Source: an uncultured Chloroflexia bacterium (lineage in GTDB: Bacteria; Chloroflexota; Limnocylindria; Limnocylindrales; CSP1-4). From it: 64,000 nt of DNA. The stretch lies in NCBI GenBank assembly GCA_963771795.1, contig CAVYUR010000001.1:1880-65879 (forward strand). The letters run 5' to 3'. Both the position numbers and the translations under genes were made by a program. Below the pieces are notes generated by a model. That model made no database searches and had not been told where the DNA came from. It saw only the letters and a program-made list of their open reading frames with translations. Each line of letters begins with the position of its first letter. Position 1 is the stretch's first letter. This document shows positions 8,354 to 16,482 of the stretch, in pieces.

Positions 8354-9766
8354 TCAGCCTGACGACTCCCGGTTGAGGCGCGGGGCCGGTGTCGGTGAAG
8401 TTTCCGCCATCTTCGGAGATGCGTCGCGCGGCTCGCTCGTCTCGTCCTGGCCGAACGGCACCTTCGGAGGCTGCGAATCCTCGACCCGGGGGTCGCGCGG
8501 CAGGAAGACCGAGAAGCGGCTCCCTGTTCCGAGCCGGCTGTCGACGGTCACGGAACCGCCGTGCATGTCGACGATCGAGCGGACGATCGCCAGGCCCAGG
8601 CCGCTGCCGCTGCCGCGGGCCTCGTTCGCCCGCGAGCCGCGATAGAACCGATCGAAGATCCGCGGCAGCTCGCTGGCATCGATTCCGGTCCCGGTGTCGT
8701 TCACGTCGATCCGCGCGCCGTCCCGGAACGGCGAGACGACAGCTTCGACCGACCCACCCTTCGGCGTGAACTTGATCGCGTTGCCGACGAGGTTCGTCAC
8801 GATCTGGCCGACCCGTTGCGGGTCGTGGCGGATTCGGAGCGGCGCGTCCGGCAGCGTCAGCTTGAGGTCGACGCCGCGACGCCGGGCGGCCGGCGACGCC
8901 TGTTCGACGGCCGACTGGACCGCCGCGCGCACGTCGTCGGGCCGCAGGTCCAGCAGGACGAGCCCGGACTCGAGCTTCGAGAGCTCAAGCAGGTTCTGGG
9001 CGAGCCAGTCCAGGCGCTCGAGCTGGCCTCGGCTCGAGTCGAGGAACTCCGCGCGAGCGACAGGATCCTCACCGGCCTGGTCCCGGAGCAGCTCGTTGAA
9101 CGTCAGGAGGGCTGCGATCGGGGTTCGAAGCTCATGCGAGACGTCGGCGAGGAAGTCGCGGCTCCGGTCACGATCCCGGCGGATGATCTCGACGCTCTCC
9201 TCCAGCCGATCGGCCATCGCGTTGAACTGGATGGCGAGCTCGGTCAGCTCGGACGAACCGGCCTTGACATCTGCGCGCCCCACGCGCTTCGTGAGGTCCC
9301 CCTCAGCCAGTGCCCGCGAGGTCTCGGTCAGGCGTCGGAGCGGGGTGGTGAAGCGATGGGCCAGGGCCGCGGCAACGATGATCGTGATACCAAGCGCGAC
9401 GACGCCGACTGCCGCCAGCAAGCTCGTGACATTGGCGATCGCGGTCTGGCGGAACGTATGGGGATTCGAAAGCCGGACCTCGATGACGTATGGGTAGATC
9501 CCTACCGTCGAGTCCCGAACGTACGGAGCAACCTGGATGGGTTCCTGCGCCTGGCCCACGCCCGGCTCGACGCTGACCTCGGCGTGGAAGGACCCTCCCG
9601 CGGCAGGCACGATGCCGCCTCCAACGCTCGGCGGGAGGTACAGGGCGATGTCGACGTCCGACTGGGCGAGGAGGTCGGCAATCCCCTCTTCCTGACTCTC
9701 GAGGAGGGCCGTCACCGCCGGATTCACCGTGTTCGTCTTGATGTCGATGACCGGTCCCTCGGCCAT
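8354..9766 (-). CDS. Sensor histidine kinase (HAMP-HisKA-HATPase, MprB-like position)
   Basis: H-box SHELRTPIAAL, N-box LVGNAIKFTP, DTGTGI, GSGLGLAI. In-frame upstream codons up to 10039 encode RRRRIRR...LTLSFVGVVALTLALVTIFVV (TM1) but contain no ATG/GTG/TTG. Confidence 0.85.
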   Translation of the reverse strand: MAEGPVIDIKTNTVNPAVTALLESQEEGIADLLAQSDVDIALYLPPSVGGGIVPAAGGSFHAEVSVEPGVGQAQEPIQVAPYVRDSTVGIYPYVIEVRLSNPHTFRQTAIANVTSLLAAVGVVALGITIIVAAALAHRFTTPLRRLTETSRALAEGDLTKRVGRADVKAGSSELTELAIQFNAMADRLEESVEIIRRDRDRSRDFLADVSHELRTPIAALLTFNELLRDQAGEDPVARAEFLDSSRGQLERLDWLAQNLLELSKLESGLVLLDLRPDDVRAAVQSAVEQASPAARRRGVDLKLTLPDAPLRIRHDPQRVGQIVTNLVGNAIKFTPKGGSVEAVVSPFRDGARIDVNDTGTGIDASELPRIFDRFYRGSRANEARGSGSGLGLAIVRSIVDMHGGSVTVDSRLGTGSRFSVFLPRDPRVEDSQPPKVPFGQDETSEPRDASPKMAETSPTPAPRLNRESSG

Positions 9767-10001
9767 CCGCGCGGCGTCGGTGACGACACGGTCGACGTAT
9801 GTGGCGACAACGCTGGCGCGGGCCTGAAGTTCCGTTTGCTGTTGCTTCGAGAAGTAGTCGTCGAGCCGGTTGACGACGAAGATCGTGACAAGCGCGAGCG
9901 TCAGGGCAACGACGCCGACGAAGCTGAGGGTCAGCCGCGCCTGGAACGTCCGAGGTGCAAGGCCCCGGAGAACGCGACGAATTCGACGACGCCGCGCGAC
10001 G

Positions 10002-10700
10002 TCAGCGCTCGGCGAATGCGTAGCCGACCCCTCGCACCGTCATGACGAACGCCGGCACGGCCGGGTCGTCCTCGATCTTGTCCCGGAGGTGGCTGACGTG
10101 CACGTTGATCGTCTTCTCGTCCTGGTCGAGCGCCTCGTAGTCGCGGAGCAGCTCGAGCAGCTCGGACCGGGTGTAGACGCGACCGGGCCGGCTGGCCAGG
10201 TGGCGGAGGATCTCGAACTCGGTCGGTGTCAGGCTGATCCGGCGCTGCCCGCGCTGGACCCGCCGCCGTTCGAGGTCGATCACGAGGTCGCCGTGGCGGA
10301 TGACGCGACCGCCGGCCGCATCGGCGAGGTCGCCGTACGCTCGCCGGAGGAGCGCCTTGATCCGGCTCATTAGCTCCCGCAGGCCGAAGGGCTTCGTCAG
10401 GTAGTCGTCGGCGCCGAGCTCGAGCCCGATCACCTTGTCGACCTCGTCGTCGCGCGCGGTCAGGACCAGGACCGGCATCTTGGAGCCCGACGCCCTGAGG
10501 CGACGGAGCACCTCGAAGCCATCGATGCCCGGCAGGCGCACGTCGAGCACGACGAGATCCGGCGCCTGGTTCGTGGCAAAGTCCAGCCCCTCCTCGCCCG
10601 ACCTGGCGACGGCGACCTGGTATCCCTCCTGCTGGAGGGCGTACTGGATGCCGCGAGCGACGGCGAACTCGTCTTCGACGATCAGGATCGTGGCGGCCAC
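10002..10700 (-). CDS. OmpR/PhoB-family response regulator (MprA-like position)
   Basis: ILIVEDE...LVVLDVRLPGIDG receiver. Winged-helix LTPTEFEILRHLASRPGRVYTRSELL...VRGVGYAF. Confidence 0.9.
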   Translation of the reverse strand: MAATILIVEDEFAVARGIQYALQQEGYQVAVARSGEEGLDFATNQAPDLVVLDVRLPGIDGFEVLRRLRASGSKMPVLVLTARDDEVDKVIGLELGADDYLTKPFGLRELMSRIKALLRRAYGDLADAAGGRVIRHGDLVIDLERRRVQRGQRRISLTPTEFEILRHLASRPGRVYTRSELLELLRDYEALDQDEKTINVHVSHLRDKIEDDPAVPAFVMTVRGVGYAFAER

Positions 10701-10855
10701 GCTCCGATGCTACACCGGGTTCGATCGGGGGGCCCGCAACGGCGACCGGGCGGCCATCCCGTGATAAGGTGTGCGCCGTTCCCGGGCGCCCCCGCGATCC
10801 CGCGCAGGTGCGACGCGCCCGCTCAGATGAGCTTCAAAACCGAGGTCCGAAACAG

Positions 10856-11560
10856 ATGCCCAGCGCCACCATCACTCGCCCGTCCCTCGTCGCGGAGCCC
10901 CGCGACGTCCTCGGGAAGAACGTCGCTCGCCTCCGCCGCGCCGGCAAGCTGCCGGGCGTGGTCTTCGGCCACGGGACGGATTCGACGAGCGTCAGTGTCG
11001 ACGCTCACGACTTCGAGCTGCTCCGCCGGCGGGTCGGGCCGAACGCTCTCGTTGACCTGTCGGTCGATGGCAAGCAGGCGCAGCCGGTCCTCATCCACGG
11101 CGTCCAGGTCCATCCGGTCACGCGGCGCCCGCTTCACGTCGATCTCTTCCTGGTGACGATGACGGAGGAACTGACCGTCGACGTGCCGCTCGTTCCGATC
11201 GGCGAATCGTCGGCCGTGACGACCGATGGCGGCACGCTCCTCCACGGCATCGAGTCCGTCAGGATCCGGGCCCTCCCTGATCACCTCCCGCAGTCGATCG
11301 AGTACTCGATCGAGAGCCTCGTCGACTTCGACACCGCGGTCCACGTCCGCGACCTCACGATCCCGTCGGACGTGACGCTCCTGACCGATGTCGACGAAGT
11401 CGTCGCCAAGGTCCAGGCGCCTCGCATCGAGGTCGAGGAGGAGCCCGTGGTCGCCGAGGGCGAGGAGGGCGCCGAGGGCGAGGAAGGTGCCGAGGGCGAG
11501 GCCGGCGAGGCTGCGCCGTCAGCAGGCGGCTCGGATTCGGGCGACTCTGACGACAGCTAG
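10856..11560 (+). CDS. rplY: 50S ribosomal protein L25 / general stress protein Ctc
   Basis: ATG 10856 in ORF 10769... LGKNVARLRRAGKLPGVVFGHG...VQVHPVTRRPLHVDL. Acidic EGEEGAEGEEGAEGE tail. Confidence 0.85.
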   Translation: MPSATITRPSLVAEPRDVLGKNVARLRRAGKLPGVVFGHGTDSTSVSVDAHDFELLRRRVGPNALVDLSVDGKQAQPVLIHGVQVHPVTRRPLHVDLFLVTMTEELTVDVPLVPIGESSAVTTDGGTLLHGIESVRIRALPDHLPQSIEYSIESLVDFDTAVHVRDLTIPSDVTLLTDVDEVVAKVQAPRIEVEEEPVVAEGEEGAEGEEGAEGEAGEAAPSAGGSDSGDSDDS

Positions 11561-11570
11561 TCGGTAGCGC

Positions 11571-11972
11571 TCAGGCTCGGTCGCTGAAACCGGCGTCGGC
11601 CGCCTCGATCAGTTCGATCCGGTTGCCGAACGGATCCTGCGTGTAGCAACGCCGCACGTTCAGGCCGGACTCGTCTTCGCTGATCCGGGCGCCCCTGGCG
11701 GCAAGCGCGCGTCGGGCCGCCTCGAGGTCGACGACGATCAGGCCGGGATGCGCCTTGTGGGCCGCGATGAATCGCTGGTCGACCCGGAGGTGTATCGCGG
11801 TCCCGCCGATCCCGACGAACCAGCAACCGTCGCGCCCATCGAGCTCGTCCGGTTTGGCGACTTCGCGCAGGCCGAGGACCTCGCCGTAGAACCGCCGCGC
11901 CTCGGCTTCGCCACCGGTGGGCATCAGCAGCTGGACGTGATCGATCCCGACGATCTCGATGCGGTCGGTCAC
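11571..11972 (-). CDS. VOC/glyoxalase-family protein
   Basis: IDHVQLLMPTGGEAEARRFYGEVLGL... GTGA overlap with upstream methyltransferase stop. Confidence 0.75.
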   Translation of the reverse strand: MTDRIEIVGIDHVQLLMPTGGEAEARRFYGEVLGLREVAKPDELDGRDGCWFVGIGGTAIHLRVDQRFIAAHKAHPGLIVVDLEAARRALAARGARISEDESGLNVRRCYTQDPFGNRIELIEAADAGFSDRA

Positions 11973-12790
11973 GGCCGGATCCCGCTCGCATAGACGATCG
12001 GGTAGCGCATCACGAGGTCGTCCGGCGGCATGGCCTCGAGTCGTTCGCGCAGCCCGCTGAGCAGCCGATCACGATCGCGCGCGCGGAGCTCCGAGATCAG
12101 GTCCTCCTCGTCGAATTCGGAGAGGAAGCCGATGTAGCCCTCGACGCTGAAGCGGTGCTCGAGCACCGCCCGCTCGACCTCGACGTGGCGGAATCCGGCG
12201 CGACGAAGCTGGCTCGCGGCCTCCCGATCCGTGCGGACGTCGCCGGGCCGGTCCTCGTGCTCTCGCGCGCCGATGCCGATCTCGTCGAGAAGGGCGTCGA
12301 ACGCCTCGTCGGGCCGGAAGGCGCGATCGTCGACCAGCCACGTGACATAGGCAAGCATCCCGCCCGGATGGACGACCCGGCGCGCTTCGCGGAGCGCCCG
12401 GTAACGGTTCGGAACCAGCTGGAGGACGAACGAGGACATCGCCGCGTCGAACGTGTCGTCCGGGAAGGGCAGGGAGTCGGCCGCTGCGACCCGGGTCGTG
12501 TACTGCTGCCGCTCGGCAGGCGTTAGTAACCGATCCGCCTCCCCTTCGGCGGCCGCGATCATCTCGCTCGACACGTCGATCCCGACGACCTCGACCGTGG
12601 GCCACCGGCGGATCGCCGCCCGGGCGAGCGTGCCGGTTCCCGTGCCGATATCGATCAGCCGCCGCGCGCCGTTCGCGACGGCCCCATCGAGCCGGTCGAG
12701 GAGCGCCGTCGCGCGAGGCTCGAGCACTGGCGCCCACCATTGCGCGTAGCCCTCGGCGATCCGATCGTAGCGTTCGGCCTGGTCGGTCAC
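11969..12790 (-). CDS. Class I SAM-dependent methyltransferase
   Basis: Motif I LIDIGTGTGTLA. Likely GTG 12790 (VTDQAERYDRIAEGYAQWW); the longer ORF start at 12982 looks non-coding. Confidence 0.8.
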   Translation of the reverse strand: MTDQAERYDRIAEGYAQWWAPVLEPRATALLDRLDGAVANGARRLIDIGTGTGTLARAAIRRWPTVEVVGIDVSSEMIAAAEGEADRLLTPAERQQYTTRVAAADSLPFPDDTFDAAMSSFVLQLVPNRYRALREARRVVHPGGMLAYVTWLVDDRAFRPDEAFDALLDEIGIGAREHEDRPGDVRTDREAASQLRRAGFRHVEVERAVLEHRFSVEGYIGFLSEFDEEDLISELRARDRDRLLSGLRERLEAMPPDDLVMRYPIVYASGIRP

Positions 12791-12836
12791 CGTCTCATCG
12801 TGCCATGCGCGGTGCAACGAGCGCGATGTCCGCGGG

Positions 12837-13769
12837 TCAGCCCTCCGCGGCGGCCGGCGGTGGCGGGCCGGCGGCTCGCCCGAGGAAGCCGAGCCGGCGG
12901 GCAACGAAGCGCCCGACGACGACGACGAGGGCCAGCATGAGCAGGATCGGCAGGCCGACGATCGCCACCCAGATCGCGACACTCACTGCGAACTGGAGGA
13001 AGCTGAGGAGGCTTGCTCCCGCTTCGTCGATCTGGGTCTGCGGGTCCCATCGGTCCGCAGCGGCCTTGACCGCCTGGACCTCGACGCCATAGGTGACGGT
13101 GAGGGTCGCGTATGCGACCTGACTGTCGAGGTTCGACTTCTGCGCGCTGAGCTGCTCGATCTGGCCGCGAACGTCGGAGAGGCGTGACTCGATCTCGAGG
13201 ACGTCCGTGACCCTGCCGGCGTCCGACAGGTGCCGGACGAGGGCTGTCTCGCTGGCCTGAAGATTCCGGATCCGCGCGTCGAGATCGACGATCTGGTTCG
13301 TGACGTCGGCCGCATCGGTCTGCTCGCTGATCGGCGTTCCGAGCGCCCGGAGCACGTCGAGTGCCTCTTCCCATCGATCGGCGGGAATTCGGTACGCGAT
13401 GGTCGCCACGACGTCATCGCCGTCGCTGTACTGCTGGGAAGCACCGATGTAGCCGCCCATCGCGATGATCGCTGCTCGACCGGAGTTGACCGCGGCGCGG
13501 ACATCGGCGACTTCGAGCTGGAGGGAGCCGGTGCGGATGACCTTCGCCCCGTCCTGGAACGCCGCCGCCTCGCCATCCGGGGCAAGTGGCTGACGCCCGA
13601 TCCCGGGAGCGGCGCTGGCAGCAGGCTGGGGACCTGCCCCACTCCCATCCTGGCCGGCCGCGCCGCCCAGGGCGGCACTGGAGCCGCAGGCGGCGCCAAT
13701 GACCCCGATGAGAACGATGGCGGCGACGAGGCCGATGGTGCGCCCGGCACCTGTACGCGCGTTTCGCAT
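12837..13769 (-). CDS. DUF4349-like lipoprotein with C-terminal TM helices
   Basis: ATG 13769 gives MRNARTGAGRTIGLVAAIVLIGVIGAAC (lipobox). GSLQLEV...coiled segment...ATLTVTY pattern. Confidence 0.7.
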   Translation of the reverse strand: MRNARTGAGRTIGLVAAIVLIGVIGAACGSSAALGGAAGQDGSGAGPQPAASAAPGIGRQPLAPDGEAAAFQDGAKVIRTGSLQLEVADVRAAVNSGRAAIIAMGGYIGASQQYSDGDDVVATIAYRIPADRWEEALDVLRALGTPISEQTDAADVTNQIVDLDARIRNLQASETALVRHLSDAGRVTDVLEIESRLSDVRGQIEQLSAQKSNLDSQVAYATLTVTYGVEVQAVKAAADRWDPQTQIDEAGASLLSFLQFAVSVAIWVAIVGLPILLMLALVVVVGRFVARRLGFLGRAAGPPPPAAAEG

Positions 13770-13896
13770 GGCCGAGTACCTCAGGACTTGCACGTGACGA
13801 GCGACGCTCACCGCGGCATGCCCCGGACGCATTGCGGCGCAACGGGGTTCCTTTGCGACTGGCCGTCTGCAGCCCGACCTTCGCTACACTCGGAGG

Positions 13897-14985
13897 GTGA
13901 AACTCCCCTTCGATCCGCCCATCGAGCCGATGCTCGCCAAACCGGCCGACGGGCTGCCATCCGACGACGGCTGGCTCTTCGAGCCCAAGTGGGACGGGTT
14001 CCGGGCGATCGTCTTTCGCGACGGCGACGAGGTGTACACGCAGTCCCGGGACCTGAAGCCGCTCGATCGCTACTTTCCGGAGCTGGCCGACCCGCTCCGG
14101 GCCGCGCTGCCCGATCGCTGCATCCTCGATGGCGAGGTCGTCATCTCGAAGGACGGCGAGCTGCAATTCGAAGCACTTCTCCTCCGTATCCACCCTGCGG
14201 CCTCGCGGGTGAAGATGCTCGCAGAGGAGTCGCCCGCGTCGTTCGTCGCGTGGGACGTGCTCGCGCTCGGCGACCAGGACCTCCGCGCGACGCCCCAGGG
14301 CGAACGCAGGAAGCTGCTTGAGACCGCGCTTGGCTCCGCGCCGCCGCCCGTCCACCTGACGCCCGCGACTACCGATCGCGCCCTTGCCCAGGACTGGTTC
14401 CACCGGTTCGAGGGCGCCGGGCTCGACGGCGTGATCGCGAAGCGCCTCGGCGACACATACCAGCCCGGCAAGCGGGCGATGCTGAAGATCAAGCATCAGC
14501 GGACCGCGGACTGTGTCGTCGCCGGGTTCCGCTGGCACAAGAACGGGCCGGGCACCCACGTCGGGTCGCTCCTGCTCGGGCTGTTCGACGACACGGGGTC
14601 GCTCCATCACGTCGGGGTTACGTCCTCGTTCACGTGGGACAAGCGAGCGGCGCTGACATCGGAGCTCGAGCCGTTGCGCAAGGACGCGCTCGAGGGTCAT
14701 CCGTGGGGCGAGTGGGCGGAGTGGGCCCAGGCGGGTGCCGCCGACGCATCAGGCCAGCGGCTGCCCGGCGCGACGTCCCGCTGGAATCGTGGCAAGGACC
14801 TCTCCTGGGAGCCGCTTCGTGCCGAACGCGTCGTGGAGGTCGCTTACGACCACCTCCAGGGCGACCGCTTCCGACACGGCACGACGTTCAAGCGATGGCG
14901 CCCGGACAAGCCGCCGGCCGAGTGCCGTTACGACCAGCTCGAGGAGACGCCGGCCTACGAGATCGCGAAGATCTTCGGGGCGTAG
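13897..14985 (+). CDS. ligC: ATP-dependent DNA ligase (stand-alone, LigC-like)
   Basis: Adenylation motif I EPKWDGFR; MLAKPADGLP...; 362 aa with no fused Pol or PE domains. Confidence 0.8.
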   Translation: MKLPFDPPIEPMLAKPADGLPSDDGWLFEPKWDGFRAIVFRDGDEVYTQSRDLKPLDRYFPELADPLRAALPDRCILDGEVVISKDGELQFEALLLRIHPAASRVKMLAEESPASFVAWDVLALGDQDLRATPQGERRKLLETALGSAPPPVHLTPATTDRALAQDWFHRFEGAGLDGVIAKRLGDTYQPGKRAMLKIKHQRTADCVVAGFRWHKNGPGTHVGSLLLGLFDDTGSLHHVGVTSSFTWDKRAALTSELEPLRKDALEGHPWGEWAEWAQAGAADASGQRLPGATSRWNRGKDLSWEPLRAERVVEVAYDHLQGDRFRHGTTFKRWRPDKPPAECRYDQLEETPAYEIAKIFGA

Positions 14986-14998
14986 CGGGCCAGCGCGG

Positions 14999-16462
14999 TC
15001 AGGTGCTCTTGGGCTTCCTCGGTGCGCGTTCGAGCTGGCCCGCGCGGTCCGGCCACTCGTAGCCCTCCCACGGGTCGTAGTCCGGGTCGAGCTTCTCCTG
15101 TTTGGGCCTGTCCGCCTCCGGCACGTGGATCAGGTTGACCCGGACGCGGTACCAGAGCGACGACCGGCCGCGCATTCCGTCCACGAGCACGTCGGCCGGT
15201 TCGAGGGCCGCGGCCGCCGCCGGGTGACGTTCCTTCCAGCGCTCGAAGCCCGCGAGCGCCTCGTCCTTCTTCGCCGCTCGCGAGATCTCGATCACCGGGA
15301 TGGATGACTTCCGGCGGCCGGTTGGCGTCGGTCGTGTGCCCTCCCATTCGGTCGGCAGGCCGGCGTTCCGGTCGCCCGCGGCGACCGCGGCGGCGCGCTC
15401 CGCGGCGACTTCCGGCGGTGGCCCGCCCGCCTCACCGCGGCCCGGTTCGTACTCGCTCTCGGGCCGTCGCTTTCTCGATGGCTGGACGCGCGGCGGCTCG
15501 CCGGCCTGCTTCGCGTAGTTCGGCGGCCACGGGGCGTCGCCGAGCCCCTCCGCCTCGTGACGGGCCGACAGCTCGAGCAACCCCTCCAGCGACCCGACCG
15601 CCTCGTCGATCCCGGCGCCGGCATCGCCCCGCTTCTCGTAGATCGCCGGAACCGTCGCGAGCGTGAAGTCCTCCGGGACGACGTCGGCGACCTCGTCCCA
15701 GCGGAGCGGCATCGAGACCCGTGCGTCGGGCAACGGCCGGACCGAATACGCAGACGCGACCGTGCGGTCTTTCGCGTTCTGGTTGTAATCGAGGAATACG
15801 CCGTGGCGCTCCTCCTTCCACCACTTCGAGGTGGCGATCGTCGGGGCCCGGTTCTCGACGTCTCGCGCGAGAGCGACGGCCGCGCGGCGAACCTCGGGGT
15901 AGGTCCACTTCGGCTCGATCCGGACGTTGATGTGGATGCCGCGCGATCCGGACGTCTTCGGCCAGCCGACGAGCCCCACCGCTTCCAGCGCCTCGCGGGC
16001 CACGAGCGCGACGTCCCGGATCTGAGACCAGGGCACGCCCGGCACCGGATCGAGGTCGACCCGGAGCTCGTCGGGATGATCGAGATCCTCGGCCCGCACC
16101 GGGTGAGGGTTGAGGTCGATGCAGCCGAGGTTGTTGACCCAAGCGAGCCCCGCCGCGTCGTCGATCACGATCTCGTCGGCGGTCCGGCCCGAGGGGAACG
16201 TCAACGTCGCGATGCGCAGCCAGTCCGGGCGGTTGTCCGGCGCCCGCTTCTGGAAGAACGCCTCACCCTCGGCGCCGTCGACGAACCGCTTGAGCGCCAT
16301 CGGCCGTCCGCCGGCCCCGCGCAGAGCACCGTCGGCCACGGAAAGGTAGTAGTGGACGAGGTCGAGCTTCGTGTAGCCGGCCTTCGGAAAGTAGACCTTG
16401 TCCGGGTTCGAGACCGAGACCTCGCGGCCGGCGATCTCGAGGATCTCCTTGCGGGTCGCCAT
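14999..16462 (-). CDS. LigD-type primase-polymerase domain protein (Prim-PolC-like) with ~190-aa C-terminal extension
   Basis: VSVSNPDKVYFP, RVDLDP, TSGSRGIHINV motifs. Convergent with the ligase. C-terminal 190 aa Pro/Arg-rich then IPVIEISRAAKKDEALAGFERWK...LWYRVRVNL. Confidence 0.8.
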   Translation of the reverse strand: MATRKEILEIAGREVSVSNPDKVYFPKAGYTKLDLVHYYLSVADGALRGAGGRPMALKRFVDGAEGEAFFQKRAPDNRPDWLRIATLTFPSGRTADEIVIDDAAGLAWVNNLGCIDLNPHPVRAEDLDHPDELRVDLDPVPGVPWSQIRDVALVAREALEAVGLVGWPKTSGSRGIHINVRIEPKWTYPEVRRAAVALARDVENRAPTIATSKWWKEERHGVFLDYNQNAKDRTVASAYSVRPLPDARVSMPLRWDEVADVVPEDFTLATVPAIYEKRGDAGAGIDEAVGSLEGLLELSARHEAEGLGDAPWPPNYAKQAGEPPRVQPSRKRRPESEYEPGRGEAGGPPPEVAAERAAAVAAGDRNAGLPTEWEGTRPTPTGRRKSSIPVIEISRAAKKDEALAGFERWKERHPAAAAALEPADVLVDGMRGRSSLWYRVRVNLIHVPEADRPKQEKLDPDYDPWEGYEWPDRAGQLERAPRKPKST

Positions 16463-16482
16463 GACTCAAACGATACCCGGCG

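Noticed and set aside
9977-9988. GAATTC occurring both at the kinase missing-start region (9979-9984) and at the ECF41 frameshift (45804-45809), as a possible engineered or cloning scar
   Set aside because: A 6-bp palindrome is expected by chance a few times in 64 kb even at this GC content. No other vector-like sequence flanks either site.
11455-11510. Tandem 18-nt repeats, and other short tandem repeats, considered as CRISPR-like or VNTR features
   Set aside because: They encode the acidic EGEEGAEGEEGAEGE tail of L25 (coding low complexity). No spacer-repeat architecture exists anywhere in the window.
13897-16462. Calling the ligase/polymerase pair a Ku-dependent NHEJ locus
   Set aside because: No Ku gene is present in the window, the two domains are not fused as in LigD, and there is no phosphoesterase domain. 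The LigC/Prim-PolC-type interpretation fits better.
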